Below the pieces are notes generated by a model. The model was not told where the DNA came from and made no database searches. It saw nothing but the letters and a program-made list of their open reading frames with translations. DNA of 40,000 bases from positions 21,777 through 61,776 of the forward strand of contig NZ_CAXBFW010000017.1 in NCBI RefSeq assembly GCF_963975215.1, written 5' to 3'. Positions 18,327-24,669 of the stretch are shown here, one piece after another (within the stretch, counting starts at the first letter, position 1; every line of letters starts with the position of its first letter). A program made the position numbers and the translations under genes. The DNA is from an uncultured Gilvimarinus sp. Lineage in GTDB: Bacteria; Pseudomonadota; Gammaproteobacteria; Pseudomonadales; Cellvibrionaceae.

Positions 18327-18400
18327 ACGCCGCAAGCAAAGGCGCGCGTTAGCGCGTCCAGTGGAGCGAAGCGGAACGATTTTGCCTTGCCTTGTTATGG
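18327..18400 (-). repeat. attC site (R' end interrupted by the intron)
   Basis: Identical to 24088-24161, except that the terminal CTA of CTAACGCC is replaced by the intron 5' end. Confidence 0.85.
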
Positions 18401-18402
18401 CT

Positions 18403-18792
18403 TTACACATGACGCCCTTCATGATCCCAAAGAATAAAGGTTTGATTTTCTGTGGATGACATTGATTTTATGAGTCGCTCATTATTAAAAGTTGGAATAT
18501 CCTGAAGGCGCTGCAGTAATTCACCGGCTCCAGTGGCCTCACTGGGATAAGTTATAACGCCGTCTTTAGTTGCCAAATGCCACCACACATCTTCAACAAA
18601 TGGACCTTCATCAGTTGTTTCGACTGCAACGCCAATAAGTCCATTCCACGCAATAGACTGAGGCTCCTTTTCTGGCCAATGCACCCACGCATTATTTTCG
18701 TCAAACCACACCTTTACAGAGGCATATGGGCTTTTTGCATCTTGCTGTTCGTTTTTTTTATTACTGAAGAGCGAAGATATCCATTTAAACAT
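18403..18792 (-). CDS. Cassette ORF: hypothetical protein (copy A of the duplicated cassette)
   Basis: The preferred start is MFKWISSLF (ATG at 18792, AAGGAA 7 nt upstream). An in-frame ATG within the attC box lies at 18813. The protein is identical to 24164-24553. Confidence 0.6.
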   Translation of the reverse strand: MFKWISSLFSNKKNEQQDAKSPYASVKVWFDENNAWVHWPEKEPQSIAWNGLIGVAVETTDEGPFVEDVWWHLATKDGVITYPSEATGAGELLQRLQDIPTFNNERLIKSMSSTENQTFILWDHEGRHV

Positions 18793-18811
18793 CCGGAGTT
18801 TCCTTGTAGCC

Positions 18812-18929
18812 ATAACGCCCAGCGCAGGCGCAGCCAACGCGGAGTGCCTTTTGTGTTAATGTTTGAGCGACAGCGAGTAACGCAAAAGACGCGTAGTGTT
18901 GGCTGTCGCTCTGCCGCTGCTTGTTATGT
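18812..18929 (-). repeat. attC site
   Basis: The + strand reads ATAACGCCCAGCGCAGGCGCAGCCAACGCGG ... GTGTTGGCTGTCGCTCTGCCGCTGCTTGTTATGT. The arms pair well. Confidence 0.8.
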
Positions 18930-18940
18930 TTTGGAACTTT

Positions 18941-19336
18941 CTAATTGAACCAATTACCATTGCGTAAACTTTGGTAATCTTGATTGGTAGTAATGCGAAC
19001 CATATTTGAAATAGCTCCATTTGCCCGACCATGATCCAACTCTGTAAGGAAATCTTCGACCTCAGACTCTGGTGCGTGGAGCACCACATCCAGATACTTC
19101 CTTTGCTGATTTTCGCTCAGAGCAGTCTGTCTAAGCTGAAATGGATGATGCATCGCGGCTTGAAGCAATGCCGCTCGCAATTCATTAGTTGAAATTACCT
19201 CAAAATCACGTTTTTCCAAAGAAACGGTGACGCCAAAATCTACAATTCCGCTAGCAATTGAAATATTCAACGAGTAGTCCCCATCTTTTTCCAGTGCGAT
19301 CATGCGTAGATTCTGAAATTTGATTTCGTTTTCCAT
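18941..19336 (-). CDS. Cassette ORF: hypothetical protein (131 aa)
   Basis: ORF trimmed to MENEIKFQ (ATG at 19336). The GTG-initiated extension to 19384 overlaps the attC. Confidence 0.5.
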   Translation of the reverse strand: MENEIKFQNLRMIALEKDGDYSLNISIASGIVDFGVTVSLEKRDFEVISTNELRAALLQAAMHHPFQLRQTALSENQQRKYLDVVLHAPESEVEDFLTELDHGRANGAISNMVRITTNQDYQSLRNGNWFN

Positions 19337-19368
19337 TCTTCTGGTTTGACTCTGAATCACGTGGAAAC

Positions 19369-19401
19369 ATAACGTCCGCAGCACGCGTGGCTTTGTAGTG
19401 A
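19369..19401 (-). repeat. attC site, left part (split by the IS)
   Basis: ATAACGTCCGCAGCACGCGTGGCTTTGTAGTGA pairs with the right part at 20686-20734 once the IS is removed. Confidence 0.75.
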
Positions 19402-19426
19402 TGAACTTGCACCACTTTCACGGACA

Positions 19427-20140
19427 CTATGACGCCACCCGTTGATAGGCTTTTGGCGATACGTACCCCAAAGAAGAGTGCAGGCGTTCCTCGTTGTAAA
19501 ACTCCACATAGTCAATGACTCTGGCCGCACACTCCACGTAGGAACTGAATTTCATCTGGTGTACCAGTTCGTTTTTTAATGTTCCGAAGAACGACTCGAC
19601 GAACGCATTGTCGGTTGGCGTACCCGCTCGGCTCATACTGCTGACCAGGTCAGATTTTCTGAGTGTGTTTTGGTAGATGTCAGAGCGGTATTCCGACCCT
19701 TGATCACTGTGGAACAAGCAGCCCGCTTCATTCTCCTGCAGCGCCAGAGACATTTCAAGCGCGCCTTTGATCAGGTCGGCATCATGGGCCCGAGAAAAGC
19801 CCCAGCCGATGACCTCTCGATTGAACAGATCCAAAACGGCCGCCATGTAGATTGGGCCTTGCGCCGTTTTCAGATAGGTCATATCGCCTGCCCACTGCTG
19901 ACCCGCTGCGGTTGCTTTGGGCGAATCCGCAAGCAGATTATCAGCGACCTCAGCGTAACCGCCGCTACGCCTTCCCGGCCTGGAAGCGTGATACGTAGAT
20001 TGAATGCCGTTTGCCTTCATCAGACGGTTCACTCGGCGCTTGCTGCAACTAACGTTCTGATTTCTCAAGGCTTTATGAACGCGAGGGGCTCCGTAGTTAC
20101 GCTTATGACCGACATGAACGACTTTAATGGCTTCAAGCAA
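19427..20140 (-). CDS. IS3-family transposase OrfB (DDE integrase core), normally fused to OrfA by a -1 frameshift
   Basis: rve-type sequence ...WAGDMTYLKT...FHSDQGSEY...PTDNAFVESFFGTLKNE... The reading frame continues upstream to the slippery site at 20308-20314. Confidence 0.9.
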   Translation of the reverse strand: MLEAIKVVHVGHKRNYGAPRVHKALRNQNVSCSKRRVNRLMKANGIQSTYHASRPGRRSGGYAEVADNLLADSPKATAAGQQWAGDMTYLKTAQGPIYMAAVLDLFNREVIGWGFSRAHDADLIKGALEMSLALQENEAGCLFHSDQGSEYRSDIYQNTLRKSDLVSSMSRAGTPTDNAFVESFFGTLKNELVHQMKFSSYVECAARVIDYVEFYNEERLHSSLGYVSPKAYQRVAS

Positions 20141-20259
20141 CGCTTCATCTTCCAGCGCTCTTTGGCTCAGCCCCCGATCTTCCCAATCATAGAAGCCGCT
20201 GGCCGAGACACCTAAATGCCGGCAAAGGTGAACTACTTTATGCTGGTGGCGGTTCTTCT

Positions 20260-20625
20260 CTATGAACGCGTATCGCTCTTGCGCTGATCCGAGAAGAACC
20301 GCTTTGCCTTTTTTAGGATAATGACTTCCTCTTCCTTGGCGGAGAGACGTCTCTCTAGCTCTTTGATTCGACGCTCCGCCGCTTTCAGTGCTTGCGCATC
20401 CTCTGGACGGCGCTCAGGAGGGTTGGTTTTCTGACGCATGTGCTTGTTCTCCGAGAGGCGGCCCTCTTTGAACTCCTGCCGCCATCGATAGAGCATGACG
20501 GGATGAATCCCCAGAGACGCTGCTACGTCTACGGCTTTAACGCCTTTCTTCTGGGTCATCTTGACCGCGTGGACCTTGTAAGCCAATGTGTAGCTGTCGT
20601 ACTGGTTTTTCCTTGTTACTCCCAT
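20260..20625 (-). CDS. IS3-family transposase OrfA (HTH)
   Basis: HTH-like ...VDVAASLGIHPVMLYRWRQEF..., a leucine-zipper-like tail, and A AAA AAG (the + strand reads CTTTTTT at 20308-20314). Confidence 0.9.
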   Translation of the reverse strand: MGVTRKNQYDSYTLAYKVHAVKMTQKKGVKAVDVAASLGIHPVMLYRWRQEFKEGRLSENKHMRQKTNPPERRPEDAQALKAAERRIKELERRLSAKEEEVIILKKAKRFFSDQRKSDTRS

Positions 20626-20682
20626 GTTATCACCACTTAGATTGAACAGTGAGTTACTGTCCGTGAAAGTGGTGCAAGTTCA

Positions 20683-20734
20683 TGAAGGCGAAGCCGCAAC
20701 GGAAAAGCCATCGCTGTGACTGCGCTTGTTAAAC
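20683..20734 (-). repeat. attC site, right part (split by the IS)
   Basis: TGAAGGCGAAGCCGCAACGGAAAAGCCATCGCTGTGACTGCGCTTGTTAAAC. The GCCATCGCTGTGACTGCG segment pairs with CGCAGCACGCGTGGC of the left part. Confidence 0.75.
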
Positions 20735-20736
20735 GC

Positions 20737-21099
20737 TTACCGTGCTTCATTAAAAGAAATAAACTCCATTTCATTGAGACTGAATACCCCACCGAAATCT
20801 CTTTCGCTTTGCTGGTGAAAACCAATCCAGAGTCCTTCTTCAGTTTCGCTAGCATACCAAAAAGAATTTTGCCGGCCACCCACACCATTTGATGGAAAAG
20901 GTATTTGAACTATCTCATTTCCCTGAAAGTCATACACCTTGCCTACAAAAGGTAGATCTCCGCTCCAGCCATCAATAAATAGAGCGACCAATCTTTTTTT
21001 AAGCAAAAGAGCCGCATAAGTAAACTCGAAGTTAGCGACAAATGAAATACTGTATTCTGCGACTTCGATTTTTGGGCTTTCTGATGTTTCTATTCGCAT
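20737..21099 (-). CDS. Cassette ORF: hypothetical protein (120 aa)
   Basis: ORF bounded by attC sites on both sides. I recognise no family. Confidence 0.55.
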   Translation of the reverse strand: MRIETSESPKIEVAEYSISFVANFEFTYAALLLKKRLVALFIDGWSGDLPFVGKVYDFQGNEIVQIPFPSNGVGGRQNSFWYASETEEGLWIGFHQQSERDFGGVFSLNEMEFISFNEAR

Positions 21100-21115
21100 C
21101 GATTTCTACTTGACG

Positions 21116-21202
21116 TTTAACGCCGCTATAAAAGGCGCGTGTTAGCGCGTCCAGTGAAGGCCATCTTTTTGGCCGGAACGATTTTTGATAGCTTTGTTAA
21201 GC
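21116..21202 (-). repeat. attC site
   Basis: The + strand reads TTTAACGCCGCTATAAAAGGCGCGTGTTAGCGCGTCCAGTG ... GATTTTTGATAGCTTTGTTAAGC. The arms pair, and the centre is the conserved one. Confidence 0.85.
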
Positions 21203-21204
21203 CT

Positions 21205-21684
21205 TTATTCGATGCCACGATTTTGACCTAATATTTCAGTTCGAATCCAAATGTTACCTTTGTCAAAACCTTCTAGGTCGAACGACCCTCCAAGTGCGGG
21301 GTCTAGTTTAGGGTAATAGATTTGTAATTCACCTAAAGGCCCTAACCTATTCTCCAGAATTTCTAAGTCTCTAGGGTTAATTGGGTACAAACAATACTCA
21401 GGAAAACTCTCCTCATCTAGGATGGTTTCTTTAAATTCTTGCAGGCTCTCGAATACACCATAACCTTTGCAGTTGTTTCCCGGCATACTTGGGTAAAAAA
21501 CCAAATATTCACTAGACTCTGGAGAGAATAAAAATATTGCCCCTGTTGCTGAGTACCCAATTACCTCAGTGTAATGCCACATATGCTTTTCCCACACACC
21601 GAGAATTTCACGATGCATAGGTTTATCAAAAAGCGTGTAGATAACCTTTTCATGCTTCTTCCTGCCAAATAGTTTAGATAGCAT
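21205..21684 (-). CDS. Cassette ORF: hypothetical protein (159 aa)
   Basis: ORF bounded by attC sites. The sequence is soluble and rich in aromatic residues. I have only a vague impression that it looks immunity-protein-like. Confidence 0.55.
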   Translation of the reverse strand: MLSKLFGRKKHEKVIYTLFDKPMHREILGVWEKHMWHYTEVIGYSATGAIFLFSPESSEYLVFYPSMPGNNCKGYGVFESLQEFKETILDEESFPEYCLYPINPRDLEILENRLGPLGELQIYYPKLDPALGGSFDLEGFDKGNIWIRTEILGQNRGIE

Positions 21685-21700
21685 ACGTTGCTCTCAGAGG

Positions 21701-21792
21701 CTTAACGCCGCAACCAACGGCGAGCGAAACAACGTGTAGCGAGTCCAGCCCGGCGTGTTTTTGCCGGGCGGTGTTGGGTTGCTTTGTTAGTG
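21701..21792 (-). repeat. attC site
   Basis: The + strand reads CTTAACGCCGCAACCAACGGCGAGCG ... GGCGGTGTTGGGTTGCTTTGTTAGTG. The arms pair well. Confidence 0.85.
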
Positions 21793-22260
21793 TTCATTTT
21801 TAAATTTCTCCACCCAATCAAGACTTTCATTGAATATACCTGAATCAGTCTCTTCGATAGTGGAACAGTCTGAGTGATACCAGCCGTACATGTTTTCTAT
21901 TCCTATGTTGTCGCCCACGTACTTCTTAATGCCTTTGTGAAGATCGAAACTTTCAATGTCATCAAGCAGTTGCCGAAACTGCTTTGAAGGGCTTACATTT
22001 CCCTGGCTAATAAGCAATATGTGATATCTCAACAATACCCACACTGCCTGCTCGAAACTTGGAACCGCATAACCTTTTTCCTCTACAAAGCTTTCGAAAT
22101 ACTCTGATACAGGATTCCAGTGCTCAGGTCCGTCATCCATGATATTAAGTAAATGCTCCGAGTAAACACCGTCTGTAAGTTTTTGGTCTGCAAATTGGAC
22201 CAAATCTTCAGTATTTAATTTACCTACGACATATTTCGCTATGAATATTCTGTCTTCCAT
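21787..22260 (-). CDS. Cassette ORF: hypothetical protein (157 aa)
   Basis: Trimmed to MEDRIFIAKY (ATG at 22260), because the GTG-initiated extension to 22338 lies inside the attC at 22284-22383. Confidence 0.5.
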   Translation of the reverse strand: MEDRIFIAKYVVGKLNTEDLVQFADQKLTDGVYSEHLLNIMDDGPEHWNPVSEYFESFVEEKGYAVPSFEQAVWVLLRYHILLISQGNVSPSKQFRQLLDDIESFDLHKGIKKYVGDNIGIENMYGWYHSDCSTIEETDSGIFNESLDWVEKFKNEH

Positions 22261-22283
22261 GGATGGCTCGAAGTCTTGTAACA

Positions 22284-22383
22284 CTAACGCCGTGTTCTTT
22301 TGAATTTTTGGAGTGGATGCTTTTGTGTTACCAAACACAAAAGGAGCAACGGAAATAATTTCAACAGGAACACCTTGTTAGAA
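22284..22383 (-). repeat. attC site
   Basis: The + strand reads CTAACGCCGTGTTCTTTTGAATTTTTGG ... GGAAATAATTTCAACAGGAACACCTTGTTAGAA. The arms pair well. Confidence 0.8.
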
Positions 22384-22785
22384 CACATTGCCGTTTACCT
22401 GTGACCAGTGATGTGGCATAAGCTGTTTTAAAGGGACAAACTTAATTGCGTTGCCTGGATTGCTAATAGCTACTAGGACATCTGGCCCCCAGTATATAAG
22501 CCTTTCTTGGCAAATGCCGCATGGACTTAATAGCATAAAGTCATCCGCTTCGCTTTCGCGGCACAGACACAAGCTATGAGTCACTGGCACATTGAGCTTA
22601 TTCGCTTCAAGCAGTGCCCCAACCTCCATACACAACGACAATGCATCGTTTTCAACTTCCGGTGCAACGCTTGTTAAAATACGCCCGTCCTTGAGACGAA
22701 CCGAAGCGGCGCCACCAAATCCAACTGGATATCTCGACTCGATTAATTCTTTGGCCGAGTTAAATAATTCCTGCTCTATGCTCAT
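22378..22785 (-). CDS. Cassette ORF: cytidine/deoxycytidylate deaminase-fold protein (blasticidin-S deaminase-like)
   Basis: 135 aa with zinc-ligand motifs C-M-E (LSLCMEVGA) and PCGxCxE (SPCGICQERL) at CDA-like spacing. Confidence 0.75.
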   Translation of the reverse strand: MSIEQELFNSAKELIESRYPVGFGGAASVRLKDGRILTSVAPEVENDALSLCMEVGALLEANKLNVPVTHSLCLCRESEADDFMLLSPCGICQERLIYWGPDVLVAISNPGNAIKFVPLKQLMPHHWSQVNGNVF

Positions 22786-22887
22786 ACTCGACTCGTTCTA
22801 ACAGTGTATTAGGCGGAATTTCGTTTAAACAACACAAACTCCGGCACCTTTTTATCGTCTTTTCACTAAAAAATCGAACGCATCGGC

Positions 22888-22933
22888 GTCAGGCCTTACA
22901 ATTCACACCGAAGTGTAAAATGTAAGGCCTGAC
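22888..22933 (-). repeat. 46-nt near-perfect hairpin with a UUCG loop
   Basis: The minus strand reads GTCAGGCCTTACATTTTACAC-TTCG-GTGTGAATTGTAAGGCCTGAC. This gives about 21 paired positions, including one mismatch and one G-T pair. Confidence 0.7.
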
Positions 22934-22934
22934 C

Positions 22935-23118
22935 CTAAAGTTTCAGCTCTTTGGCCACTTGGGCTTGCGTGACACCCGGCTTCTCAGACCGTTTTATGGC
23001 CTCTTTACGAAACTCTTCAGTGTAATGCTGATGTTTTTTACGTGCCATTTTGGACACCTCCATATAGGGCAAATATAACTATACAGGGTGTCTACTTTTT
23101 GTGGGTAACTTGGACTCA
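22935..23118 (-). pseudogene. IS3-family IS remnant: left inverted repeat plus the first 37 codons of an OrfA
   Basis: The minus strand reads TGAGTCCAAGTTACCCACAAAAAGTAGACACC, which resembles the IS3 IRL. It is followed by GGAGG and the ORF MARKKHQHYTEEFRKEAIKRSEKPGVTQAQVAKELKL* (22935-23048). No orfB or right end is present. Confidence 0.6.
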
Positions 23119-23196
23119 TAACGCCGCAATAAAAGGCGAGCGTTAGCGAGTCCAGCCCACGTTTTTTGTGGGCGATTTTTCATTGCCTTGTTATGC
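23118..23196 (-). repeat. attC site
   Basis: The + strand reads ATAACGCCGCAATAAAAGGCGAGCGTTAGCGAGTCCAGCCC ... GATTTTTCATTGCCTTGTTATGC, with the conserved centre. Confidence 0.85.
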
Positions 23197-23745
23197 GCTG
23201 TACGTGCCATTTTTAACTTTCCTAGTATCGGACATCCACCACTCACACATATCCCAAAAGTCCAATTTAGTAGCCTCATTGCCCATACTCTTGCGGATTT
23301 CTATTAGGAAGTTACCTAATAGCTCCATCATATCTTTGAGAAAGTCTAGTTCACCTGATTTTTGAGCCTCTTCCATGTTGTAGAGGTACTGCATTAGGTT
23401 GTTGTAAGCTTTAACGACAGAATCATTTGCCATTAACGCAAGTTTAAAGCCGTGACGCCTATACTCAAGGGTCAACATGGCGCTGGTTGCAACATCGCCT
23501 TTATCCTTGCCTTTATTCTTCTTGTCAGATTCCCAGGCAGCATCTGACATTAGTAAGATTATGAAAGGCTCTAGTATTTTGTTGTAAATCTCAATCCGAT
23601 CGTCTCGTAGCTTATTTTCGAGATCTATTTTTCTCTCGATGCTATTTTTTGCTTTCCAGCCAATAGATGAGATTATTAGGACAATTATAGGCGTTGCAAT
23701 ACTTCCAATTGCAGTAACAAAATCTAACCAATGTTTTTCTTCCAT
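23191..23745 (-). CDS. Cassette ORF: hypothetical membrane-anchored protein (1 N-terminal TM plus a helical domain)
   Basis: ATG at 23745 (the ORF track uses TTG at 23751). TM segment FVTAIGSIATPIIVLIISSIGW, then a charged, helical-looking region of about 150 aa. Confidence 0.6.
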   Translation of the reverse strand: MEEKHWLDFVTAIGSIATPIIVLIISSIGWKAKNSIERKIDLENKLRDDRIEIYNKILEPFIILLMSDAAWESDKKNKGKDKGDVATSAMLTLEYRRHGFKLALMANDSVVKAYNNLMQYLYNMEEAQKSGELDFLKDMMELLGNFLIEIRKSMGNEATKLDFWDMCEWWMSDTRKVKNGTYSA

Positions 23746-23766
23746 GCTCAATTCTCAATTTATCGC

Positions 23767-23842
23767 ATAACGCCTCACATAAGCCGCGCGAGGTACGAGC
23801 GTCGGGCGAACGAAGTGAGCGGACTTAATGTGATTGTTAGCA
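23767..23842 (-). repeat. attC site
   Basis: The + strand reads ATAACGCCTCACATAAGCCGCGCGAGGTACGAGCG ... GCGGACTTAATGTGATTGTTAGCA. Confidence 0.75.
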
Positions 23843-24022
23843 GACTTTGCCATTTGCACGGCGGGTCCAGATTGCACCTAACACTACGCCGAATGCGGTG
23901 CCAAACCCCATAGCTTGTGCCATGTCACCGGAGGCAGCACCGAAACCTGCCCCAACGGCTACACCTGTGGCAATACCAATTCCCATCTTGTTCTTAAAGC
24001 AAGCTTTGCAAAACTCTTCCAT
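23837..24022 (-). CDS. Cassette ORF: small glycine-zipper membrane protein (61 aa)
   Basis: Start MEEFCKAC (ATG at 24022, AGGAA 7 nt upstream). GxxxG-rich segment GIGIATGVAVGAGFGAASG...GFGTAFGVVLGAIW. Confidence 0.5.
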   Translation of the reverse strand: MEEFCKACFKNKMGIGIATGVAVGAGFGAASGDMAQAMGFGTAFGVVLGAIWTRRANGKVC

Positions 24023-24084
24023 GTCGTAGTTCCTATTGCGTAGGAGGCCTTGAATGCAGCCTCGGTGAATGAACGGGTGAACTG

Positions 24085-24161
24085 CTAACGCCGCAAGCAA
24101 AGGCGCGCGTTAGCGCGTCCAGTGGAGCGAAGCGGAACGATTTTGCCTTGCCTTGTTATGG
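24085..24161 (-). repeat. attC site
   Basis: The + strand reads CTAACGCCGCAAGCAAAGGCGCGCGTTAGCGCGTCCAGTGGAGCGAAGCGGAACGATTTTGCCTTGCCTTGTTATGG. Confidence 0.9.
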
Positions 24162-24163
24162 CT

Positions 24164-24553
24164 TTACACATGACGCCCTTCATGATCCCAAAGAATAAAG
24201 GTTTGATTTTCTGTGGATGACATTGATTTTATGAGTCGCTCATTATTAAAAGTTGGAATATCCTGAAGGCGCTGCAGTAATTCACCGGCTCCAGTGGCCT
24301 CACTGGGATAAGTTATAACGCCGTCTTTAGTTGCCAAATGCCACCACACATCTTCAACAAATGGACCTTCATCAGTTGTTTCGACTGCAACGCCAATAAG
24401 TCCATTCCACGCAATAGACTGAGGCTCCTTTTCTGGCCAATGCACCCACGCATTATTTTCGTCAAACCACACCTTTACAGAGGCATATGGGCTTTTTGCA
24501 TCTTGCTGTTCGTTTTTTTTATTACTGAAGAGCGAAGATATCCATTTAAACAT
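24164..24553 (-). CDS. Cassette ORF: hypothetical protein (copy B of the duplicated cassette)
   Basis: The protein is identical to 18403-18792, with the same RBS context. Confidence 0.6.
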   Translation of the reverse strand: MFKWISSLFSNKKNEQQDAKSPYASVKVWFDENNAWVHWPEKEPQSIAWNGLIGVAVETTDEGPFVEDVWWHLATKDGVITYPSEATGAGELLQRLQDIPTFNNERLIKSMSSTENQTFILWDHEGRHV

Positions 24554-24572
24554 TCGGAGTTTCCTTGTAGCC

Positions 24573-24669
24573 ATAACGCCGGTATATGCGGCGGCTGAAA
24601 TGTAGGGAGGAACGACCGAAATGGAAGCCGTCCGAGCCGCGCAGCGGCGCCATAATACCTTTGTTAGGC
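24573..24669 (-). repeat. attC site
   Basis: The + strand reads ATAACGCCGGTATATGCGGCGGCTG ... CAGCGGCGCCATAATACCTTTGTTAGGC. The arms pair well. Confidence 0.85.

Larger units (their letters stand above)
19402..20682 (-). mobile_element. IS3-family insertion sequence (1281 bp)
   Basis: Perfect 25-bp terminal inverted repeats TGAACTTGCACCACTTTCACGGACA at both ends. Flanking 3-bp direct repeat TGA. orfA/orfB with an A6G slippery site. Confidence 0.9.

Noticed and set aside
18551-18562. GGCGTTATAAC inside the duplicated cassette ORF, resembling an attC R' box
   Set aside because: An 8-10-nt match is expected by chance about once in a window of this size. There is no complementary arm nearby.
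19670-20215. 181-aa ORF antisense to IS3 orfB
   Set aside because: Shadow ORF. The sense strand carries the DDE transposase.
21787-22338. Long N-terminal extensions of cassette ORFs (21787-22338, 12882-13292, 18941-19384, 23837-24100, 18403-18837)
   Set aside because: The extensions use GTG or TTG starts, or run through attC palindromes. Shorter ATG starts downstream of the attC were preferred.
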